Shown: piece after piece, positions 47,132 to 54,703 of the stretch
How the letters are laid out: each line of letters starts with the position of its first letter
Numbering within the stretch: position 1 is the first letter of the stretch
Notes under the pieces: generated by a model
Told to the model about the DNA's origin: nothing
What the model saw: the letters and a program-made list of their open reading frames with translations, nothing else
Database searches by the model: none
NCBI GenBank assembly: GCA_017439845.1
Contig: JAFSIJ010000043.1
Location: forward strand, 1 to 54,703
From: Clostridia bacterium
GTDB lineage: Bacteria; Bacillota; Clostridia; Oscillospirales; Acutalibacteraceae
DNA length: 54,703 nt
Direction: 5' to 3'
Made by a program: the position numbers and the translations under genes

Positions 47132-47986
47132 ATGAAGATAATTTTTGTTTGCACAGGAAACACCTGTAGAAGTCCTATGGCGGCAGGCTATCTCGAAAAT
47201 AAAAAAATAGAATGGCTTGAGGTTTCGAGCAAAGGATTGTTCGCAGATAAGTCCCCCGTAAGTGTGAATTCAGCTCTTGCTATGAAGGAAATCGGTATAG
47301 ATATTTCAAAGCATATATCATCGCAGTTAGAAAATGATGATATAAAGTCAGCCGATAGAATAGTTTGCCTTTCTAAAAATCATTTTGATTATTTGCTCAG
47401 TATCGGTGTTTCCCCTAAAAAGCTTTCGGTTTTAGGAAGTGGAATAGCCGACCCTTACGGAATGGGAATAGAAGAATATAGAAAATGCCGAGATGAAATA
47501 ATATCGGAGATTGACAAGCTTTTTGAAAACTCATTTTTTTCAGGGTTTAAAATTTCACCTATTGAGCAAAGGCATATATCAGCAATAGCAAAGCTTGAAA
47601 AGGTTTGCTTTAGCGAGCCTTGGAGTAGTGAAGCGATACTCGAGTCGTATAGTCACGGTGTTAAGTTTTTTGTTGCTGAAAATGAAGAGGATGTTTTAGG
47701 ATATATCGGTTTTTCCGCAGTTTGTGGCGAGGGCTATGTAACAAATGTTGCAGTTTTCCCGAAATATAGAAATATTGGTGTTGGGACCGCGCTTGTTAAC
47801 GAAGCAATTTCCTATTGCAAGGAAAATAGCCTTGATTTTCTATCCCTTGAGGTTAGAAAATCTAACGAGAATGCTATAAAACTATATGAAAAAAGCGGAT
47901 TTAAAGTGGTTGGCGAAAGAAAGGATTTCTATCGCAACCCAAAAGAAAATGCGCTTATTATGACTAAATATTTTAAAGAGAATTAA
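47132..47986 (+). CDS. rimI: Fusion of a low-molecular-weight phosphatase (YwlE/LMW-PTP-like, aa ~1-135) with ribosomal-protein-alanine N-acetyltransferase RimI (aa ~140-284)
   Basis: N-terminus has the P-loop CTGNTCRS and a DP loop (IADPYG). C-terminus is a GNAT fold (VAVFPKYRNIGVGTAL...YEKSGF). Lies immediately upstream of tsaD, as rimI usually does. Confidence 0.8.
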   Translation: MKIIFVCTGNTCRSPMAAGYLENKKIEWLEVSSKGLFADKSPVSVNSALAMKEIGIDISKHISSQLENDDIKSADRIVCLSKNHFDYLLSIGVSPKKLSVLGSGIADPYGMGIEEYRKCRDEIISEIDKLFENSFFSGFKISPIEQRHISAIAKLEKVCFSEPWSSEAILESYSHGVKFFVAENEEDVLGYIGFSAVCGEGYVTNVAVFPKYRNIGVGTALVNEAISYCKENSLDFLSLEVRKSNENAIKLYEKSGFKVVGERKDFYRNPKENALIMTKYFKEN

Positions 47987-48004
47987 GAAAAGAGGTGAAC
48001 AAAG

Positions 48005-49009
48005 GTGAAGATTTTAAGCATCGAAAGCTCCTGTGATGAAACCGCTGTTGCTGTTTGCGAGGGAAGGCGAGTGCTTTCAAGTGCTGTCGCAACACAGGTT
48101 GAGGAGCATAAGATTTATGGCGGAGTTGTTCCCGAAATAGCCTCCCGCCGCCACACCGAAGCAATAAGCGCGGTTTGCGATAAAGCGGTCAAGGATGCGG
48201 GAATAACATATAGCGACATTGATGCAGTTGCTGTCACCTTTGCACCGGGACTTATAGGAGCCTTGCTCGTTGGAGTTAATTTTGCAAAAGGGCTTGCGCT
48301 TTCGCTTTCGGTCCCACTAATTCCCGTTCATCATCTGCGTTCACATATTGCGGCGAACTATATCGATAATGATGCCCTAAAGCCGCCTTTTCTTTGCCTT
48401 ATGGTTTCGGGCGGAAATACAATTCTTTGTGAAGTCAGCGATTATACGAGCTTTAAAATCATCGGCGGCACAACCGATGATGCCGCAGGCGAGTGCTTCG
48501 ATAAAACCGCAAGGGCTATGGGGCTTTCCTATCCCGGTGGTATAACAATGGATAAAATCGCAACCAAAAGTGATTTTACAAAATATCCGTTGCCCGTTCC
48601 GAAATCGGCAGGAGAATATGATTTCAGTTTTTCAGGGCTTAAAACCGCGGTTATAAATTTAATCCATAATAAAAATCAAAAGGGCGAGGACATAGATGTT
48701 CCCGTGCTTGCGGCAACTGTCAGGGAGCGTGTTTGTGATATGCTAATTTCCAAAACCTTTAGTGCAGTGGAAAATTTGGGCTATAAAACCTTGGCGGTTG
48801 CGGGCGGAGTTTCGGCTAATAGTGAGCTTCGCGCAAGAATTGAAGAAGAGTGTAAAAAAAGGGGAATGGAGCTTTTTGTTCCGCAGCTTAAATATTGCGG
48901 AGATAATGCGGCAATGGTAGGAGTTCAGGCGTTCTATGAACATGCCTCTGGTAATGTTGCAGGAAGCGGGTTAAATGCAACCGCAACCTTGCCCATTGAT
49001 TACCGATAA
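48005..49009 (+). CDS. tsaD: tRNA N6-adenosine threonylcarbamoyltransferase TsaD
   Basis: GTG start. Contains ILSIESSCDETAVAV, HHLRSHI and GGVSAN motifs. Confidence 0.92.
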   Translation: MKILSIESSCDETAVAVCEGRRVLSSAVATQVEEHKIYGGVVPEIASRRHTEAISAVCDKAVKDAGITYSDIDAVAVTFAPGLIGALLVGVNFAKGLALSLSVPLIPVHHLRSHIAANYIDNDALKPPFLCLMVSGGNTILCEVSDYTSFKIIGGTTDDAAGECFDKTARAMGLSYPGGITMDKIATKSDFTKYPLPVPKSAGEYDFSFSGLKTAVINLIHNKNQKGEDIDVPVLAATVRERVCDMLISKTFSAVENLGYKTLAVAGGVSANSELRARIEEECKKRGMELFVPQLKYCGDNAAMVGVQAFYEHASGNVAGSGLNATATLPIDYR

Positions 49010-49030
49010 ACCTCAAAGGGAGGAATTGTT

Positions 49031-49936
49031 GTGAAAAACGAAAAAATGCTTTTAATTGTTAACCCTTATTCAGGAAGAGCCAAAATGCGCGGCGAGCTTT
49101 TGAGGGTTGTGGAAATATTTTCTGCCGGCGGATATGATGTAACGGTATATCCAACAAAGGCTAAAGGTGATGCAACTGAATATATTAAAACCGTTGAAAA
49201 GGGCGAGTATTCACTTATAGTAGTTTGCGGCGGCGATGGAACACTTAATGAGGTTATAACAGGTATGATGTCGGTTGACCTCGATGTTAAGTTAGGTTAC
49301 ATTCCATCAGGAACACTTAACGAATGGTCTTCAGGCCTTAAAATTTCAAGGGTTATACCAACAGCCGCAAAGGATATCCTTTCAGGCAAGGAAACAAGAC
49401 TTGATATAGGTAAGTTCGGCGATAAATATTTTTCTTATACCGCATCGTTCGGTGCCTTCACAGAGGCTTCTTATTCAGCACCGCAGGATGTTAAAAATGT
49501 GCTCGGCCAAGCGGCATACTTTTTTGAAGGTGTTAAGAGCATTGCCAACATAAAACCTATTCACCTAAAGCTTGTAACCGATGAGAAGGAAATTGAGGGC
49601 GAATTCTTCTTTGGGGCAATTTCCAATTCAATGTCGGTTGGCGGAATAGTTAAGTTTGATGATAGTGTTGTGAAGCTCAACGATGGATATTTTGAGATAG
49701 TTTTGATAAGAGCGGTTTCAAACCTGATAAAATTGCAAAATATCATTGATGGTATAGTCCGCCAGGATTTAAACCGAGATGGAATAGAGTTTTTCCATGC
49801 AAAGAAGATTACTGTTTTAGAGGGCGAAAATATTGCTTGGACACTTGATGGTGAGTATGCCAAGGGTGAAGAGAAAATCGTTATTGAAAATATAAATGCA
49901 GGCGTTTGTTTCATAGTGCCTGATAGAGATAAGTAG
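49031..49936 (+). CDS. Diacylglycerol/lipid kinase family protein (YegS/DagK-like)
   Basis: GTG start after GGAGGA. Contains the NP(Y)SG and GGDGTLNE motifs. Confidence 0.8.
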   Translation: MKNEKMLLIVNPYSGRAKMRGELLRVVEIFSAGGYDVTVYPTKAKGDATEYIKTVEKGEYSLIVVCGGDGTLNEVITGMMSVDLDVKLGYIPSGTLNEWSSGLKISRVIPTAAKDILSGKETRLDIGKFGDKYFSYTASFGAFTEASYSAPQDVKNVLGQAAYFFEGVKSIANIKPIHLKLVTDEKEIEGEFFFGAISNSMSVGGIVKFDDSVVKLNDGYFEIVLIRAVSNLIKLQNIIDGIVRQDLNRDGIEFFHAKKITVLEGENIAWTLDGEYAKGEEKIVIENINAGVCFIVPDRDK

Positions 49937-49947
49937 GAGAGAAGTTT

Positions 49948-50967
49948 ATGTTTACGAGAGATATAGGAGTTGACCTTGGAACAGCCAACACACTCGTTTG
50001 TGTTAAGGGTAAAGGCGTTATAACGAGAGAGCCTTCGGTTGTTGCCTATGATGTTAGGAATGAGGCGGTTAGAGCGGTTGGTAGAGAAGCTAAAGAAATG
50101 ATTGGCAGAACACCGGGCTCTATCGTTGCAGTAAGACCGCTTAAGGATGGCGTTATTGCCGACTTCGATGTAACAGCGGCTATGCTTAAAAGATTCATCC
50201 GCGATGCCCTTAAGGGCTTCCCGTTTTCAAGAGTTAGAATGGTTATTTGCATACCTGCAGGTGTAACCGAGGTTGAAAGCCGTGCGGTTTATGACGCCGC
50301 AAAGCAGGCAGGCGCTACTGATATCGACCTTGTTGAAGAGCCTATGGCGGCGGCAGTTGGAGCTGGACTTCCTATATGGGATGCATCGGGCTGTATGATT
50401 GTTGATATCGGCGGTGGAACAAGCGAGGTTGCAGTTATATCGCTTGGAGATATTGTAACTGCAAACTCTCTTAGAATAGCAGGCGATGACCTTGATGAAG
50501 CAATAATCGCCTATGTTCGTAAAAAACATAACCTTCTAATCGGAGAGAGAACTGCAGAACATATTAAAATTCAAATCGGCTCGGCAAAGCCCTATGAGGG
50601 CGAAACAAGCATCGAAATCAAGGGAAGAAACCTTGTTGATGGTTTGCCAAAGAATGTTGTTATAACCTCAGAAGAGGTTAGAAATGCTATGACCGATACG
50701 ATTTATCAGATTATTGATACTATAAGGACAACCCTTGAAAAAACTCCCCCCGAGCTTGCGGCGGATATTATTGATAAGGGTATCACCTTAACAGGTGGCG
50801 GCGCGCTTCTTCGCGGCTTTGCGGAGCTTATTGCTGAAGAAGCAGGTATGCCTGTAACGGTTGCCGCAAATCCGCTTGATTGTGTTGTTTTGGGAACAGC
50901 TAAAAGACTTGAGCCAAATAATGGCTTTGATAACTACGTGTTTAGAAAAGGTAGAAGATTTAGGTAG
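49948..50967 (+). CDS. mreB: Rod-shape-determining protein MreB
   Basis: Actin-fold motifs DLGTANT and DIGGGTSEV. Followed by mreC and mreD. Confidence 0.93.
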   Translation: MFTRDIGVDLGTANTLVCVKGKGVITREPSVVAYDVRNEAVRAVGREAKEMIGRTPGSIVAVRPLKDGVIADFDVTAAMLKRFIRDALKGFPFSRVRMVICIPAGVTEVESRAVYDAAKQAGATDIDLVEEPMAAAVGAGLPIWDASGCMIVDIGGGTSEVAVISLGDIVTANSLRIAGDDLDEAIIAYVRKKHNLLIGERTAEHIKIQIGSAKPYEGETSIEIKGRNLVDGLPKNVVITSEEVRNAMTDTIYQIIDTIRTTLEKTPPELAADIIDKGITLTGGGALLRGFAELIAEEAGMPVTVAANPLDCVVLGTAKRLEPNNGFDNYVFRKGRRFR

Positions 50968-50976
50968 GAGATATAT

Positions 50977-51837
50977 ATGCGTTTCTTTTTTCGCAGCAGA
51001 CAGTTTAAGATAATATTAAGCGTTGCCGCAGGAATATTGGCGCTTTGTATAATAACGGGTGTTATCGGTGGAGCAATTGCACCGCATTCAAGTGTTGTTG
51101 GAACTGTCACCGCCCCCTTCGTATCGCTTGCTCAGGAAATCTCCGATGGGGTCAGGGAGCTTGTAGCAACCTATAAGAGCGGTAACGAGTTTATGCTTAA
51201 AAATGGTGAGCTTGAGGCTGAAATTAACGAGCTTCGAGAAAAACTAAGTGAATATGATAAGGCTATTCGGGAAAATGAGTTCTATAAAGATTATTTAGGA
51301 ATTAAAGATGAAAATCCCGATTTTGAATTCGCTCCGGCAACCTTAATTTCAAGGGATAACGAGGACCCGTTCAAAGGCTTTGTTATAAATAAGGGCTCGC
51401 TCAACGGTATATCCGAGCACGATCCCGTTATAACCGATGCAGGTATAGTGGGATATATCAGCGAGGTAGGGCTCACGACGAGCAAGGTCGCAACCATTTT
51501 AAGCAGCGAAATAACAATGGGTGCGCTTGATAATAGAACAAACGATTCGGGAATTGTTTCGGGAACTATGGATTTGGCAAAGAAGGGCGAATGTAAGCTT
51601 TATAATCTTGCTCGTTCCTGCACCGTTGCAGTCGGTGATTATATTGTAACCTCGGGTGAGGGAATATTCCCTGATGGTCTGCTTATCGGCACCATTAACT
51701 ATATTGGCAGTGATGAATATAGTTCATCAATTTATGCAAATATAACACCATTTGTCGATATGTCGGCAATTAAAAATGTTATGGTTATAACCGATTTTAA
51801 GGGACAGGGCGGTATTATACCGAGTGGTGAAGAATAA
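50977..51837 (+). CDS. mreC: Rod-shape-determining protein MreC
   Basis: N-terminal TM helix, a coiled-coil, and a beta-barrel region with D(P)V(I)T..G(I)VG. Assigned also by operon position. Confidence 0.85.
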   Translation: MRFFFRSRQFKIILSVAAGILALCIITGVIGGAIAPHSSVVGTVTAPFVSLAQEISDGVRELVATYKSGNEFMLKNGELEAEINELREKLSEYDKAIRENEFYKDYLGIKDENPDFEFAPATLISRDNEDPFKGFVINKGSLNGISEHDPVITDAGIVGYISEVGLTTSKVATILSSEITMGALDNRTNDSGIVSGTMDLAKKGECKLYNLARSCTVAVGDYIVTSGEGIFPDGLLIGTINYIGSDEYSSSIYANITPFVDMSAIKNVMVITDFKGQGGIIPSGEE

Positions 51838-52340
51838 TGCTTCACATAAGACACCCTTTAAGAAAATTTTTGCATTTTTTATTGTTTGCATTTTTGTTTA
51901 TTTTGCATTTCACAGGGAATGAACTTATAACGCTTCGTTCGGCTTCTCCCTTTTTGATGCTTCCGTTGCTAACCTCTTATTCAATGTTCAAGTCTGAGCT
52001 TAGAGCGAGCATTGTCGGAGCAATATCGGGAGCATTTATCGATAGCGTTTCTAATACACCCGGTTGTTTTCATACAGTGGTGTTTTTCCTGCTTTGCTTT
52101 GCAACAAGCTTTGTTTCAAAGTATTTGTTTAACATAAATTATCGTTCGGCAATAGTGCTTTCAATTCTTGGAAACACCTTTTATTACTTAGCGCGTTGGC
52201 TCGTTTGCTATGCGTTTTCAACGCCGATAACCGATAGCCTAATTTATATTTTCGAATATGCATTGCCATCTATTGTGTTTAATGCAGTGTTCGTTTTAGC
52301 ATTCTTTTCTATTGAGAAAAAAATCCACACAGCAAAATAA
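51837..52340 (+). CDS. mreD: Rod-shape-determining protein MreD
   Basis: 167-aa polytopic membrane protein directly after mreC, with the start overlapping the mreC stop. Confidence 0.7.
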   Translation: MLHIRHPLRKFLHFLLFAFLFILHFTGNELITLRSASPFLMLPLLTSYSMFKSELRASIVGAISGAFIDSVSNTPGCFHTVVFFLLCFATSFVSKYLFNINYRSAIVLSILGNTFYYLARWLVCYAFSTPITDSLIYIFEYALPSIVFNAVFVLAFFSIEKKIHTAK

Positions 52341-52373
52341 AGGTTTCAAATTTATTGGGAAGGGGGCGAAGTT

Positions 52374-54368
52374 ATGCCTTTTAAGAAAAAAAGCCATTAT
52401 CAGTTAACTGTCTTGTCGGTGCTGTTGGTGCTCATTCTCTTGCTTTATACGGGTAAGGTTTATTCTATGCAGATTATAAATCCCGAAAAATATACAGGTA
52501 AGGCAGACGGAGCCGCTGCAACCAGAACCTCTGTGCTAAAAGCACCCAGAGGAGAAATTCTTGACTGCTACGGAAGACAGATAGCGGTCAACCGCGATGG
52601 ATATAATATCGTTTTCAATAAGGCCTATGTCAAGGAAGATTTAAACGATGTAATTCTTTCGCTTGTCAAATTACTCGATAAAAATAAAACCGAGTGGTTT
52701 GATGAGCTGCCAATAACTAAAAAGAAACCATATAAATTCATTAAGGGTGAATCAACCGATAAGCTGATAGCGAAGTTAAAGCTTGCCCACTATGCAACTG
52801 CAAAGGATTGCTTTATAAGAATGGTTGAGAAGTATGAGCTTGAGGGGTATAGCGAAAAAGAGCAAAGGCTTATAATGGGTGTCCGTTATGGAATGGATAT
52901 CTCCGATTTCTCGGTATCATATCCATATACCTTTGCCGAGGATATCCCAACCGAGCTTATGCGAAAAATCTCGGAATCGGGCTTTATGCTTTCGGGTGTA
53001 ACGGTTGATGTTGTTCCGTTCAGAGAATATGCTGATACATCTCTTGCAGTAAACCTTATCGGAACGGTAGGTCCCATCTTTGCAGAAGATTGGGATGATG
53101 CCGATAAGGGTGAAAACTATAAGGCGAGAGGTTATTCATACAACGATAAGGTTGGAAAAAGCGGTATCGAATATTGGGCGGAGGAGTATCTCCGCGGAAC
53201 TGATGGCGAGATAACCTATCATATCGATGCAAACGGAAACACCATTTATAGCGAGGTAACAAAAGAACCTGTTGCAGGTAAAACCGTTATGCTCACTCTT
53301 GATAAAAAAATTCAAAGAACTGCCCAAGATTCCTTGGCGGCGCATATTAAAGAGCTTAAATCAAAGGGAGGCTCGGTAACTGCAGGCTCGGCGGTTGTTA
53401 TAGATATAAATTCGGGCGGAGTAATCACATCAGCAAATTACCCGACATACGATTCCGCAACCCTCGGTAAAAACTATGATAAATTAAAGGATGATCCCGC
53501 AAAGCCGCTTACCGATAGAGCCTTCCAGGGTGTTTATCCAATAGGCTCAACAATTAAACCAATAGTTTCGGTTGCGGCTATTGAAAACAACCTTTATGAA
53601 AAAGGCGAAACAATTCGATGTGTTCATCAGTATAATTATTTTGCTGATTATAAACCGAGATGTATGGGAACCCACGGTTCAATTATTCTTAAAACTGCAC
53701 TTTCAAAAAGCTGTAACTATTTCTTCTTTGAATTAGGTAGAAGACTCGGCGCAGTTAAACTCACCGATTACTTTAAACAGTTTGGCCTCGGTGTGAAAAC
53801 AGGTGTTGAGGTTAATGATAGCTCGGGTATACTTGTTTCTCCCGCAACCGATGGTGTCGGCGGTGATACATTGCAGTTTGCAATAGGTCAGCTAAATGCT
53901 TTCACACCCTTGCAGGTTGCGAACTATACTGCAACACTCGCAAACGGAGGAACCCACTATAAAGCAACGCTAATAGATAGTATTGTTTCGTATGATTTGG
54001 CAACAGTTTATGATGATAACAAGCCGCAGATTGTTAATAAAATAGAAATTAAGGATTCAACGCTTGATTTGGTTAAAGAGGGTATGCTTTCGGTTACAGA
54101 GGATGGAACAGGCCGAGCCGCGCTCGGAGATTATCCGATTAAGGTCGGAGGTAAAACGGGTACATCGCAGGTAATAAATGCCGCTGACCATAGCGTGTTT
54201 ATAGCCTATGCACCTTTTGATAACCCTGAAATTGCAATAAGTGTTGTTCTTGAACACGGTAGCTCGGGTTACACTGCGGGTACAGTTGTAAGAGATATCC
54301 TTGATGCATATTTCTTCTCGGATTATAACGCATCTAAAGAGGATAAACCGTTTGTTGTTCTTGATTGA
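52374..54368 (+). CDS. mrdA: Penicillin-binding protein 2 (class B transpeptidase, elongasome-type)
   Basis: N-terminal TM anchor, a dimerisation domain, and SXXK (STIK), SXN (SKSCN) and KTG (KTGTS) motifs. Follows mreBCD. Confidence 0.85.
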   Translation: MPFKKKSHYQLTVLSVLLVLILLLYTGKVYSMQIINPEKYTGKADGAAATRTSVLKAPRGEILDCYGRQIAVNRDGYNIVFNKAYVKEDLNDVILSLVKLLDKNKTEWFDELPITKKKPYKFIKGESTDKLIAKLKLAHYATAKDCFIRMVEKYELEGYSEKEQRLIMGVRYGMDISDFSVSYPYTFAEDIPTELMRKISESGFMLSGVTVDVVPFREYADTSLAVNLIGTVGPIFAEDWDDADKGENYKARGYSYNDKVGKSGIEYWAEEYLRGTDGEITYHIDANGNTIYSEVTKEPVAGKTVMLTLDKKIQRTAQDSLAAHIKELKSKGGSVTAGSAVVIDINSGGVITSANYPTYDSATLGKNYDKLKDDPAKPLTDRAFQGVYPIGSTIKPIVSVAAIENNLYEKGETIRCVHQYNYFADYKPRCMGTHGSIILKTALSKSCNYFFFELGRRLGAVKLTDYFKQFGLGVKTGVEVNDSSGILVSPATDGVGGDTLQFAIGQLNAFTPLQVANYTATLANGGTHYKATLIDSIVSYDLATVYDDNKPQIVNKIEIKDSTLDLVKEGMLSVTEDGTGRAALGDYPIKVGGKTGTSQVINAADHSVFIAYAPFDNPEIAISVVLEHGSSGYTAGTVVRDILDAYFFSDYNASKEDKPFVVLD

Positions 54369-54426
54369 CATAAATTGCAAAATATGGTAAAATTTTCAGT
54401 ATGAATTTTTAAAAACGGAGTGAAAA

Positions 54427-54703
54427 ATGGGAAAGATTTTTGCGGTTACTTCGGGAAAAGGCGGAGTAGGAAAATCAACATTCAGCACCTGTCTTGCTTA
54501 TAGCTTTGCAAAAGGCCAACAAAGAACAGTTCTTATTGATTTGGATGAGGGCCTTCGTTGTCTTGATATAATGCTTGGCGCTGATAGCAAAATAGTTTTC
54601 GATTTAGGCGATGCAGTGGGAGATATGGATATCTCGAAAGCACTCTATAAAATCGATAACGAACAAAATCTATTCTTTATCCCGGCACCTGATAGAAAGG
54701 GTA
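54427..54703 (+). CDS. minD: Septum site-determining ATPase MinD, N-terminal part (3' end outside window)
   Basis: MGKIFAVTSGKGGVGKST deviant Walker A. The ORF runs to the window edge. AACGGAG lies upstream. Confidence 0.8.
   Translation, partial: MGKIFAVTSGKGGVGKSTFSTCLAYSFAKGQQRTVLIDLDEGLRCLDIMLGADSKIVFDLGDAVGDMDISKALYKIDNEQNLFFIPAPDRKG

Overview
54.7-kb low-GC Firmicutes (Clostridia-type) chromosomal segment. Cohesin/dockerin-like proteins suggest an Oscillospiraceae/Ruminococcaceae-like organism, but that is inference only. I support about 55 coding genes. All are on the + strand except thrS. The left part is a housekeeping backbone: nusA(3' end)-ylxR-L7Ae-infB-rbfA-nrnA-truB/ribF(fused)-pth-mfd, then yceD-rpmF, DUF512-der-plsY-gpsA, rpmB, dCMP deaminase, a YtrA-type GntR/ABC module, dut, thrS with a Thr T-box leader, mnmA, a PBP5-type carboxypeptidase and pgi. 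The right end carries polA, tsaD, mreBCD-PBP2 and the start of minD. Coordinates 35.2-44.3 kb look accessory: an HPr-kinase-like/PqqD/S24-peptidase cassette, an amidohydrolase, GH95 fucosidase-FucU-creatininase, and a three-gene cohesin/dockerin-like surface-protein operon. Things worth a second look: (1) A 273-bp structured terminal-inverted-repeat element that I do not recognise. It occurs twice, at 10617-10889 and 34787-35059, in inverted orientation at about 90 percent identity. Each copy is TA-flanked, sits directly after a stop codon, and contains covarying hairpin modules. (2) The orphan kinase/RRE/peptidase cassette, which has no visible cyclase or precursor. (3) thrS is split by a single-base frameshift although its T-box leader looks intact. 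(4) Two unusual gene fusions: TruB-RibF and LMW phosphatase-RimI. (5) A promoter-driven roughly 200-nt hairpin array in front of polA. I found no rRNA, tRNA, CRISPR array, transposase or integrase. All calls come from reading the sequence and ORF translations; no database searches were run.
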